Source: a bacterium (lineage in GTDB: Bacteria > Patescibacteriota > Gracilibacteria > Absconditabacterales > Absconditicoccaceae). Taken from it: a DNA stretch of 43,259 nucleotides. Below, piece by piece: positions 10,230 through 18,872 of this stretch. Location of the stretch: positions 1-43,259 of the forward strand of contig JAYTKZ010000040.1 of the NCBI GenBank assembly GCA_043729885.1. Direction: 5' to 3'. The notes beneath the pieces were generated by a model. The model was not told where the DNA came from. It saw only the letters and a program-made list of their open reading frames with translations, and searched no databases. Positions within the stretch are counted from its first letter, which is position 1. Each line of letters begins with the position of its first letter. The position numbers were made by a program, and so were the translations under genes.

Positions 10230-10883
10230 ATGACTACACCAGAAAAAGTAAAAACATCAAAGCCAAAGAAAGAGTTTGAAGAACTCCTATTGGAAGTAAG
10301 AAGAGTTACCAGAGTTAATACTTGAGGTAGACAATTATCTTTCAGAGCAATTATTCTTGTTGGTAATAAAAACGGGAAAATTGGATTAGGTGTTTCTAAA
10401 GGGTGAGATGTACAAATCGCTGTTAGAAAAGCAACTAATGAAGCATATAAAAATATGAAAGTAATTCCTATTACTGAATGAGGGACTATTCCTTATGAAA
10501 CAACATTCAAGTATAAGGCAGCTATCATTAAAATGCTTCCTGCTTCAACTGGTACTGGTCTAAAGGCTGGTTCTGCATTGCGTTCTGTTTTGGAACTTGC
10601 TGGATATACAAATATTCTTTCGAAAATTATGGGTACAAATAATAAATTAAATAATGCTCTTGCTACTATTATGGCACTCAGTACATTTAAAGTAGATAGA
10701 TCTAAATTGGGAACTATCAATCTTCAAGAAGTAATGGATATCAGAAAGAAAGATCAAGCGCAAGCTGAAGCTGAAAGAGCTGCTAAAAATGATAGAAAAC
10801 CAAGAAGAAATAATGATCAAGCTTGAGCTGGTGGTGGTAAACCATGAGCAGGATGAGGAAGAAGACCAGCACCTAAGAAATAG
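10230..10883 (+). CDS. rpsE: 30S ribosomal protein S5 with a Lys/Arg/Gly-rich C-terminal extension
   Basis: Extends track ORF 10533..10826 both ways through TGA. VTRVNT-TGA-GRQLSFRA motif. Confidence 0.9.
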
Positions 10884-10886
10884 TTA

Positions 10887-10964
10887 AGAGACCGGTCTCT
10901 TTGTAACCGGAAATAAAATACTAATATGATGACTATCTCATAATTATTTATGAGACCGGTCTCA
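10887..10964. repeat. Two copies of the perfect palindrome GAGACCGGTCTC, centres 63 bp apart
   Basis: aagagaccggtctctt at 10887-10902 and tgagaccggtctca at 10951-10964, in the rpsE-rplO spacer. Confidence 0.85.
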
Positions 10965-10991
10965 TCAAGTTTACCCTTTCTATCTAAAACA

Positions 10992-11444
10992 ATGTTCGGA
11001 TATCAACTCGTTAAAACACCATGATACAAAAAACCTCGTATTCAAAGAGGAAGAGGTGACTCTTCTGGTAGAGGTAATACTTCTGGTAGAGGTAATAAAG
11101 GTGAAGGTGCTAGAGCAGGTGCTTCAGTACATCCTAATTTTGAAGGTGGACAAACTCCATTGGTACAAAGATTGCCTAAATTAAGAGGTTTCAAAAGACA
11201 TTTCAAATTGGTAAATAAATTCCAAGCAGTAAATGTTGGATCACTTGATAAAGATGTTCGTGTAGAAAATGGTTCAACTATTACTACTGAACAATTAGTA
11301 ATTCGAGGATATGCGGGAAAAAATGACTCAGTTAAAATTCTTGGTAATGGAGAATTATCAAAAAAACTTACATTCTCTGGTATTACTGCATTTACAGTAT
11401 CTGCAAAAGAAAAAATTGCAGCCGTATGAGGATCAATTGCATAA
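10992..11444 (+). CDS. rplO: 50S ribosomal protein L15
   Basis: Extends track ORF 11160..11429. GRGNKGEGARAG and FEGGQTPL motifs. Confidence 0.92.
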
Positions 11445-11450
11445 TAATGA

Positions 11451-11482
11451 TTACTAGTGACTAAATAACTAGTGACTAGTAT
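11451..11482. repeat. TAGTGAC-type heptamer array
   Basis: ttactagtgactaaataactagtgactagtat. Confidence 0.6.
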
Positions 11483-11517
11483 ATACATATATTTACTACT
11501 CACAGCTTATTGCTACC

Positions 11518-12840
11518 ATGATTTCAATGTTCAGAACACTAGGTGATGTATTTCGTTCAAAGATTATTAGAAAAAAAATTCTAATTACACTTTGATTGTT
11601 GGCATTATATCGTTTACTTGTATTTCTCCCAGTACCATTTGTCAATATTGATAACCTTATGAATCAAACTGCATCTACTGCAGGTGGGTTACAATACTTT
11701 GCAATGTTATTATGATGATCTCTAGAACAATTTTCTATTATATCTGTTTGATTATGAGCATATATTAATGCTTCGATTATTATGCAATTATTAACTGCTG
11801 TTATACCAGCATTAGAAGAATTACAAGAACAAGGTGAAACAGGAACTCAAAAAATAGCTCAATATACAAGATGGATCAGCTTCCCAATGGCATTTCTTCA
11901 AGGTATTGGAACTGTATACTTCGTTAACTATTTGCTAGGTGGACAACTTATTAATGTTGCTGACTTTGGATTAGTATTATTATCAGCATTTGTATTAGCA
12001 GTTGGATGAATTATGTTAATGTATATTGGTGAACTAATTACTGAAAAGGGTATTTCAAACGGTATATCATTAATCATATTCGCATCTATTGTCTCTGGTA
12101 TCGTATCAAAAGTATATACTGATGTATCAGCTGCATGAGGTGATTGGATTTGAATTACAGTCTTTATGCTTGTGATAGTTGTTGGTCTAATTCTCTTATC
12201 AGTATTAATTCTTAAAACTGTGAAAGAAGTACCAGTGATTTATGCAAAACAAGGTAAAGTACAAGAAAGCTCAAAATTACCAATTCCTTTGAACCCAGTA
12301 GGCATGGTGCCTATTATCTTTGCTATGGCATTTGTTACATTCCCATATTTACTTGCTCAAATGGTAACTAAATTTGGAGGATCAAATCCTACTGTAATAA
12401 ACATTGCAAAATGGGTAGAAGGAAATCTTAATATCTATGATCAACAACCAACAATATTAGCGATATCAATATACTTTATACTTATCGTAGTATTCACATT
12501 CTTCTATGCTATGATTGCATTCAATCCAGACAAGATGTCAGATAATATACAAAAAAGAGGTGGTTTTGTTCCAGGAATTAGACCAGGAGCACAAACAGCA
12601 TCATACCTTTCAAAACTTATTGGACACTTATGTTTTTGGGGTGGTATTGGTTTAGCATGAGTATGAATTTATTCATACGTATTGAACTATATACCAATCG
12701 TACAAAACATCACACAATCATTATGAGCTCTCCCAGTTATCGTAACTGGTTCTGGAGTAATTATTATTGTATGAGTGGTTACTGAAATCGTTGGGAAAAT
12801 TAATGCTGAATTATTGATGCACAAATATGATAGAATTTAG
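11518..12840 (+). CDS. secY: Preprotein translocase subunit SecY
   Basis: 440 codons joining track ORFs 11782..12009 and 12166..12660 in one frame through many TGA. Multi-TM, operon position. Confidence 0.93.
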
Positions 12841-12896
12841 AGCTACGCTCTAGAAATAAGAGAAAAGAAATATGATATAAGAGCATATATTTCAAT

Positions 12897-12922
12897 GTCA
12901 TCCCGGGCTTGACCCGGGATCT
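12897..12922 (+). repeat. REP-like hairpin element (GTCATyCyG family)
   Basis: gtcatcccgggcttgacccgggatct; near-identical core at 35092-35116. Confidence 0.75.
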
Positions 12923-12924
12923 AA

Positions 12925-12951
12925 AAGAAGACTTAATTGTCTTCTTTTTTT
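12925..12951 (+). terminator. Rho-independent terminator after secY
   Basis: aagaagac-ttaatt-gtcttctt followed by a T run. Confidence 0.8.
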
Positions 12952-13031
12952 ATACTTGCAGAATATATCTAAAAATATATAATGTCAATAGTAAAACATA
13001 ATTAATAAAAAAAATTTAAAATAGCTATTTT

Positions 13032-13697
13032 ATGATACTTACAGACAAACAAATTCTTCAGAGGATGAAGAAAGGAACTATTAAAATAGTACCTTTTAAT
13101 CCTAAAGCATTGGGCCCAAATAGCTATGATGTATGTTTGGGTGATACATTAGCGGTATATAAGAATAAGAAACTTGACGCTGCTAAACACAACAAAATCA
13201 AAAGCTTCAAAATCCCCAAGAAAGGATATATGTTGAAAAAAGGAACATTTTACTTGGGTGTTACAAAAGAATACACAGAAACCCATTGTGCAGTGCCATT
13301 CTTGGATGGCAAAAGTAGTATCGGCCGTTTGGGGATCAAGATTCACCTGACAGCTGGAAAGGGTGATGTTGCATTCTGTGGTAACTGGACATTGGAAATT
13401 GAAGTAGCACAGGATGTGAGAGTATATGCGGGTATGGCTATTGGCCAGTTGTTTTATTTACCTATTACTGGTAAAGTAAACAATCCTTATGACAAAAAGA
13501 AAGACGCAAAATACTCTCATCAGGCAGCCGTTCCAGTTGAATCTATGATGTGGAAAAATAAGTTCTTTGAAGAGATGAGACAGCCCCGTGCAAAAAAATC
13601 AGGAAAGGGTAAAAAGAAATCTATAAAAGATATGTCTCTACTTGAAATAGATACTATAGAAACGAAGCACCCACCCTTAATTGGAAATAAAAAATAA
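13032..13697 (+). CDS. dcd: dCTP deaminase family protein with a Lys-rich C-terminal tail
   Basis: Intact 221-aa track ORF with GPNSYDVCLG, GKSSIGRLG and GNWTLEI motifs. No TGA; visibly higher GC than its neighbours. Confidence 0.85.
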   Translation: MILTDKQILQRMKKGTIKIVPFNPKALGPNSYDVCLGDTLAVYKNKKLDAAKHNKIKSFKIPKKGYMLKKGTFYLGVTKEYTETHCAVPFLDGKSSIGRLGIKIHLTAGKGDVAFCGNWTLEIEVAQDVRVYAGMAIGQLFYLPITGKVNNPYDKKKDAKYSHQAAVPVESMMWKNKFFEEMRQPRAKKSGKGKKKSIKDMSLLEIDTIETKHPPLIGNKK

Positions 13698-13711
13698 GCA
13701 TGAGTCCCTAT

Positions 13712-13743
13712 AGCTGTCCGGTTTTTTGCCGGCAGCTTTTTTT
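13712..13743 (+). terminator. GC-rich rho-independent terminator
   Basis: agctg(t)ccgg-ttttttg-ccggcagct followed by ttttttt. Confidence 0.8.
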
Positions 13744-13744
13744 A

Positions 13745-13857
13745 GATTATAGGAAATTTGAAAAGAGCTATTGTGCTATAATCCTTCAAGCATCTTCACT
13801 TCAGCATTCTTCTTTGCAAAAATGCAATAAGAAATGCTTCGTTCAGAAGCTTTTTTT
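13745..13857 (+). ncRNA. Candidate small RNA, or conserved promoter-to-terminator module, copy A
   Basis: Extended -10 tgcTATAAT at 13774-13782; hairpin gcattcttctttgca/tgcaataagaaatgc; terminator gcttc-gttca-gaagc plus T7. Collinear with 37877-37989. Confidence 0.4.
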
Positions 13858-13860
13858 AAT

Positions 13861-13886
13861 CCCTAATCCCCAGTCCCTAGTCCCTG
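13861..13886. repeat. AGGGACT-type heptamer array overlapping the methyltransferase stop codon
   Basis: ccctaatccccagtccctagtccctg. Confidence 0.75.
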
Positions 13887-14641
13887 TAAATCCTTTTCCT
13901 CATTACACTTACCACATTTCTTCCTTCTTTTACATTCTGTGTTTCCTTTCCTTCATTGTCTACGTAGAAGTGTTCTACATTACTAAATCCACTTGCTTGC
14001 GTTAATCTATTCAACTCAGAAATTGAGAATATATGATACAGTCTATTACTAATCAAAACTCATTGACTATCTTTCCATGGGATCATTATGTCATTTTTGT
14101 TGTAATATCCCAAAGTTGCCATGCTTTTCCACGATGCGGAGCGGATTTCAAGGCGGTATTTATCCTTAAACCAATCTGAATAACATCGATTGGTCATAAT
14201 ATATATCCCATCGTATGACAACGCTTCATATATCCCGTCTAAGACATATCATCTTTCTTGTACTGTGGGGAGGTGATGAAAACTTGCCACAGCAATTACT
14301 ACATCGAATTCTTCTTTTCCAATCTCATTGAAATATGTCACCATATCTTTGTGTACCCATCTTGCATGGGAATTGTTTTTGTTCGCTATTTCTAGTAAAT
14401 TGTATGATATATCTACACCAGTATATGTTATAGTTTTCCCAAGTGCAGATTCTAATACTCACAACAACCTTCCATCACCGCATCCTAACTCTAGAATACG
14501 CAAATCTTTCTTAGTAGGAAAGAATTTTTTGATATGTGAAACTATATGGTCGAATTCTGGCCAATGGCGCTTGCGAGTTCCAGAAAACTTTTCAGCTTGA
14601 TTGTCGTAGAATTTTTGGAGATTTTTTGTTTGTTTATGCAT
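13877..14641 (-). CDS. Class I SAM-dependent methyltransferase
   Basis: 254 codons extending track ORF 14459..14641 through 3 TGA. Motif I ILELGCGDGRL. Confidence 0.85.
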
Positions 14642-14644
14642 ATA

Positions 14645-14686
14645 TTAGGGACTAAGGATAAGGGACTGGGGCTAGTTGCTAGTTAC
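14645..14686. repeat. AGGGACT/TAGTTRC heptamer array, inverted relative to 13861-13886
   Basis: ttagggac taaggat aagggac tggggc tagttgc tagttac. Confidence 0.75.
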
Positions 14687-14807
14687 ATATATAATATATC
14701 AAAAGTCTAGTAGTAATAAGGGATTTTAGTGTGTTATCATTCCGTTATTTTGTCATCATCATCATTATAACTATAATAATAGTATCTACATACTATATAT
14801 TTTTCAC

Positions 14808-15398
14808 ATGGATACAAAACAAAAAAAAGTAAATCATGCTCATATTGAAGAAATACTCTTAAGAGAGAAAGAAGAATTATCTAGTATTTTTGAAGCAATT
14901 AGAGAAAGAGAAACTCTTGCTGAAAATGTAAATGATTCATATGATGAAAACCTTACATTCCCACAACGCGTTGCTGATAAAATGGCTGATTTCGGTGGTT
15001 CATGGGCATTTATCCTTACTTTTTTGGGAATACTTGTTTGATGGATGATATTAAATATTATTTTGGCTAGTAAAGCATTTGATCCATATCCTTTCATACT
15101 ACTCAATCTTGCTCTTTCATCACTGGCAGCACTCCAATGACCAGTAATTATGATGAGTCAAAAACGCCAAGAAGTGCGTGATAGATTGCGTGCAGAAAAT
15201 GATTATAAGGTTAATTTGAAAGCTGAAGTAGAAATCCGTTCTCTTCACGATAAACTTGATCACTTGATTGTAAATAAGTGGGATCATCTTATTGAAATTC
15301 AACAAATTCAATTGGAGATTTTGGAAGGTAAAAGAACAACTCCTAAAAAACCTAAAAAAACTATAAAAGAAGTAAGTTCAGATAATACACAAATCTAG
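14808..15398 (+). CDS. DUF1003 family membrane protein
   Basis: Joins track ORFs 14808..15041 and 15150..15398 through 2 TGA. GGSWAFI, FDPYPFILLNL and IMMSQKRQ motifs. Confidence 0.85.
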
Positions 15399-15423
15399 TC
15401 ACTAGTTATTAGTCATTAGTAAC
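15396..15423. repeat. Exact heptamer array whose first unit contains the stop codon
   Basis: TAGtcac tagttat tagtcat tagtaac. Confidence 0.8.
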
Positions 15424-15457
15424 TTTCTAACTTTGCACAATGGAATAATCGTCGAAA

Positions 15458-15482
15458 CCCTAGTGATGAACTAGGGCTTTTC
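15458..15482 (+). terminator. Rho-independent terminator
   Basis: ccctagt-gatga-actaggg followed by cttttc. Confidence 0.7.
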
Positions 15483-15592
15483 GTATGCCACTTTTCTCAT
15501 ATTTTCCCTTGAAATGGCAGGTGGTATCTGTATCATATGACGACATCGCTTTTGAAAAGAGCACTTTTTAATCACACGTTATATACGCAAAT

Positions 15593-16012
15593 ATGCCTAC
15601 TATCAACCAACTGATCAAGACAAGAAGAGTGCCAAAGAAATATAAATCTAAGGCTCCTGCACTTCAATTTGGTGTGAATAAACTTCAAAGTAATAAAAAA
15701 GTTGCTATTTCAGCTCCATTTAAACGTGGTGTATGTCTAAAAGTAACAGTTGCTAAACCAAAGAAACCGAACTCTGCGCAACGTAAAATTGCCAAAGTAA
15801 GACTTTCTAATGGAGTAGAAGTAATTGCATATATTCCAGGTGAAAAACATACACTTCAAGAACACTCGGTAGTAATGATTAGAGGAGGTAGAGTAAAAGA
15901 TCTTCCTTGAGTTAAATATCATATTATTAGAGGTGTTTACGATGCTAACCCAGTAGAAGCTAGAAAACAATCTAGATCTATCTATGGAGCAAAGAGACCT
16001 AAAAAGAAATAA
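15593..16012 (+). CDS. rpsL: 30S ribosomal protein S12
   Basis: Track ORF 15593..15910 extended. DLP-TGA-VKYH matches the conserved DLPGVRYH. Confidence 0.95.
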
Positions 16013-16148
16013 TAGTTCCTAGACATAATATACTCAATAAGAGTATGTCGTATAACTTCTTATAAGTTATACATATCTCCTTTACCAAAGGAGTGACAGA
16101 AGAGCTAGTGTAAACTACAACCTTATTTATTATTCATACCTTATTCCT

Positions 16149-16691
16149 ATGGCTGAAAAAGCAGAAAAGAAACCAGTGAAAGCAAAAGTGGAGAAAGTAG
16201 CAAAAACTGAGATGGTTGAAACTACTGGGAAATCATTAAAGCAAGTAGAAGTTAATATTTCGTTTGATGATCCAAAGATTAAGAAGTTTGTAAATTACTT
16301 AATGATGCATGGTAAAAAAACTGTTGCTCAAAAAATATTTGCTGATACTATGAAAGAGATACAACTAAATGGACATCCAAACCCACAAGCTGTATTGGAA
16401 ACAGCATTAGAAAATGCTGCTCCAGATATCATGGTTAAGTCAAAAAGAATTTGAGGTGCAGTATACCAAGTACCAATGGAAGTTAAACCACAAAAGAAAC
16501 TTTTCTTTTCTACTAAATGGATTCTTGAATCTGCTAGAGGGAAAAAAGGAAAGCAAATGTATAAAAAGTTAGCAGAAGAACTTTTGGCAGCATATTCTGG
16601 ACAAGGACCAGCTGTAAAAAGAAAAGAAGAAGTTCATAAAATGGCAGAAGCTAACAAAGCATTCTCTTACCTTGCTAAATATGTTAAATAG
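16149..16691 (+). CDS. rpsG: 30S ribosomal protein S7 with a Lys-rich N-terminal extension
   Basis: Joins track ORFs 16149..16454 and 16476..16691 in frame. RI-TGA-GAVYQVP motif. Confidence 0.93.
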
Positions 16692-16697
16692 CCTCTC

Positions 16698-16738
16698 GTC
16701 ATCCTGACACTGAGTTTATCGAAGTGGAAGGATCTCGT
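16698..16738 (+). repeat. REP-like element
   Basis: gtcatcctgacactgagtttatcgaagtggaaggatctcgt; nearly the same as 24946-24986. Confidence 0.8.
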
Positions 16739-16777
16739 GAATAAATATCATAATTTATATCTCCACAATCTTACACC

Positions 16778-17035
16778 ATGGGAAAATGTAATAAATCTGA
16801 TTATAATCATGTCTTGTATAACCAAAATAGAGCGAGAGCTAAATCTGGTGATAAATTACAAAATGTGATAGAACATGTTATTCTTTTAAAGAAAAAAGAA
16901 TTAGCAGAATGACAAACTAACCGATTGAAAATGGCTTGGTTAAAAGCAAATGCTAAATTGAAAAAATTTGGTATTACACAAATGATGATTGATGCAGTAA
17001 TTGAGAAAAAATGACTTTCACATTTAACTAAATAA
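16778..17035 (+). CDS. Hypothetical small basic protein (85 aa)
   Basis: Open under code 25 with 2 TGA, same strand as flanking ribosomal protein genes. Competes with antisense track ORF 16807..17070. Confidence 0.45.
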
Positions 17036-17049
17036 TTTGTTTCACAACT

Positions 17050-17214
17050 ATGGCAAGACTTACAACCCAAGCTAAAAGAAAACTACACAAGGCTCTTGTG
17101 AGAGTTGAAAAAGTAGTAATGATGGATACGAGAAAAAACCTTGAACAACAAAAGAAGTGGAAAGCGAAAGTGATGAACTCTAGAAACAAGAAACAATCAA
17201 CAGTGATTGCATAA
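17050..17214 (+). CDS. Hypothetical small highly basic protein (54 aa)
   Basis: MARLTTQAKRKLHK..., Lys/Arg-rich, lies between rpsG and rplS. No family recognised. Confidence 0.45.
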   Translation: MARLTTQAKRKLHKALVRVEKVVMMDTRKNLEQQKKWKAKVMNSRNKKQSTVIA

Positions 17215-17243
17215 TTTTTTACCTTACTTTTCTTTGGATAACA

Positions 17244-17612
17244 ATGAATAACGAAAGATTACAGGAACTCTATGAACAAAAAGGATACAAGAAACTTGAA
17301 GTAAAAGTCGGTCAATACCTTGAATTACATGAAAAACTTGGTGATCGTATTTGGAGATTCAAATGACTTGTGATCAAGACTCGAAAACCATCTCACCCAG
17401 ATGGAACATTCACTATTAGATGAAGCACTTCTGGTCATAATATTGAAAAAGTATATCCATTTTCTTTTCAATGATTTTCAAAAGTTATTGTATTGGATGA
17501 ATATAAAATCAGAAGAAGTAAATTATACTATATCAGAGAAAAGGTAGGTAAAGATGCGAAATTCAAGAGTATAATGACTGTAGATAAGAAAGATAAAAAC
17601 CTTCTTGCGTAG
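17244..17612 (+). CDS. rplS: 50S ribosomal protein L19
   Basis: DGTFTIR-TGA-STSGHNIEKVYPF and RRSKLYYIREKVGK motifs; 122 codons. Confidence 0.9.
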
Positions 17613-17643
17613 TTTATTTTTATTTGTGCCTTAGTTAAAAATC

Positions 17644-18288
17644 ATGGAACTTATAGTAACAAGTCGTACTGTCTTTGGGAAAAAAGTAAATCGTATCCGC
17701 AAAGAATGATTAGTACCAGGTATCGTATATGGTAGACATTTAAAATCTCCATTAGCAGTACAGTTTGATAAAGTAGCATTTATCAAAACATATAAAACAA
17801 CTGGTGTATCTACTCCTGTTGATCTTACTGGTGACCAAAATGAACTTGTACTTATTCATCATGTAGAAACTGACCCAGTATCAGATGTGGTAATCCATGT
17901 TGATTTCTTGGCAGTGAAAGCAGATGAAAAAGTAAAAGCTTCTGTTGCGATTATAATGACTGGAATTGCTCCAGTTGAAAAAGATGGTATTGGTAAAGTT
18001 CAACTTGTTAAAGATCATATTATGGTAGAAGCTCTTCCAAGAGATCTTCCTCATGATATCAAAGTTGATATTTCAAACTTAAATACATTACAAGATGGAA
18101 TTTTCGTTTCAGACTTAGTAATTAGCGATAAAGTAACTATTCTAGATGACGAAGAATTACCAGTAGTAGTAGTATCACAATTACAAAAAGAAGAAGTAGA
18201 AGAAGTTGTTGCTGCACCAGCTGATGCTGCATGAGCTGCGACTGCTGCTGCTATAGAAGCTGAAAAAGCTGCTAAAAAAGTTGAATAA
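17644..18288 (+). CDS. rplY: 50S ribosomal protein L25/Ctc with an Ala-rich tail
   Basis: Extends track ORF 17887..18234 both ways. RKE-TGA-LVPGIVYG and IHVDFLAV motifs. Confidence 0.88.
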
Positions 18289-18323
18289 TAAACCCTTTTA
18301 AATAACACATAACCAATTATCAT

Positions 18324-18512
18324 ATGGCAAGAGTATGTGACTTTACAGGAAAAAGAACTGTCGCTGGACACAATAGATCTCATTCAATGAGACAAACTAA
18401 AAGAACATTCAAACCAAATCTTATCAATAAGATGGTAGATCTTGGTGATGGTGTAAAAATTAGAGTTAAAATGGCTGCTAGTTTCTACAAGAAATACAAA
18501 ACAATGATATAG
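18324..18512 (+). CDS. rpmB: 50S ribosomal protein L28
   Basis: Intact track ORF; [33 protein letters not shown]. Confidence 0.93.
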   Translation: MARVCDFTGKRTVAGHNRSHSMRQTKRTFKPNLINKMVDLGDGVKIRVKMAASFYKKYKTMI

Positions 18513-18514
18513 AA

Positions 18515-18589
18515 GGAATCATGGATTAGGTATTAAGTATTAGTAACAATTATCATATTGCTAATACTTAGTACCTAGTTCTGAATTCC
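18515..18589. repeat. Long imperfect hairpin built from GTATTAG-type heptamers
   Basis: ggaatcatggattaggtattaagtattagtaac versus the reverse complement of attgctaatacttagtacctagttctgaattcc. Confidence 0.75.
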
Positions 18590-18596
18590 TGTTCTT

Positions 18597-18665
18597 GGGT
18601 CGGTAGCTCAGCTCGGTTGGTACCGAGTAAAGGGTAGAGCAGTTGGTGTTTACCAACCTGGTCGA
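18597..18665 (+). pseudogene. 5' fragment of a tRNA (acceptor, D arm with a 14-nt insertion, anticodon arm), truncated in the T stem
   Basis: gggtcggtagctcag..gagc, then gttgg-tgtttac-ccaac and ctggtcga; after that, unrelated sequence. Confidence 0.6.
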
Positions 18666-18700
18666 TAGAATATACTGAGAATAAAGTTAATAATTCCTAT

Positions 18701-18772
18701 GGGTCGGTAGCTCAGGGGTAGAGCAATGGCCTTTTAAGCCACTGGTCGAGGGTTCGAGACCCTCCCGACCCA
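18701..18772 (+). tRNA. tRNA-Lys (anticodon TTT), CCA not encoded
   Basis: Acceptor gggtcgg/ccgaccc, anticodon loop ctTTTaa, T arm gaggg-ttcgaga-ccctc. Confidence 0.88.
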
Positions 18773-18779
18773 AAAAAAG

Positions 18780-18805
18780 TCTCAGTCTTCGGATTGGGAT
18801 TTTTT
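18780..18805 (+). terminator. UUCG-tetraloop hairpin plus T run
   Basis: tctcagtc-ttcg-gattggga followed by tttttt; duplicated at 19178-19204. Confidence 0.7.
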
Positions 18806-18872
18806 CATTGTTTATTCTTTGTGATATATGATAATATTTTTATAATTCACTATTTATAAATTATAATCATCC

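Noticed and set aside
13032-13697. dcd as an anti-phage dCTP-deaminase defence gene
   Set aside because: As I recall, the known defensive dCTP deaminases are larger, with an extra N-terminal domain. This protein is housekeeping-sized with only a Lys-rich tail, so I report it only as a probable horizontal acquisition.
13700-14600. Plus-strand track ORFs 13700..14005 and 14328..14600
   Set aside because: They are antisense to the minus-strand SAM methyltransferase, which has a clear motif I. The first also runs through the terminator and the repeat module.
16807-17070. Minus-strand track ORF 16807..17070
   Set aside because: It lies antisense across two co-directional small plus-strand ORFs within a ribosomal protein gene run. 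Its Cys/Phe/Ser-rich translation looks non-genic, though neither strand is proven.
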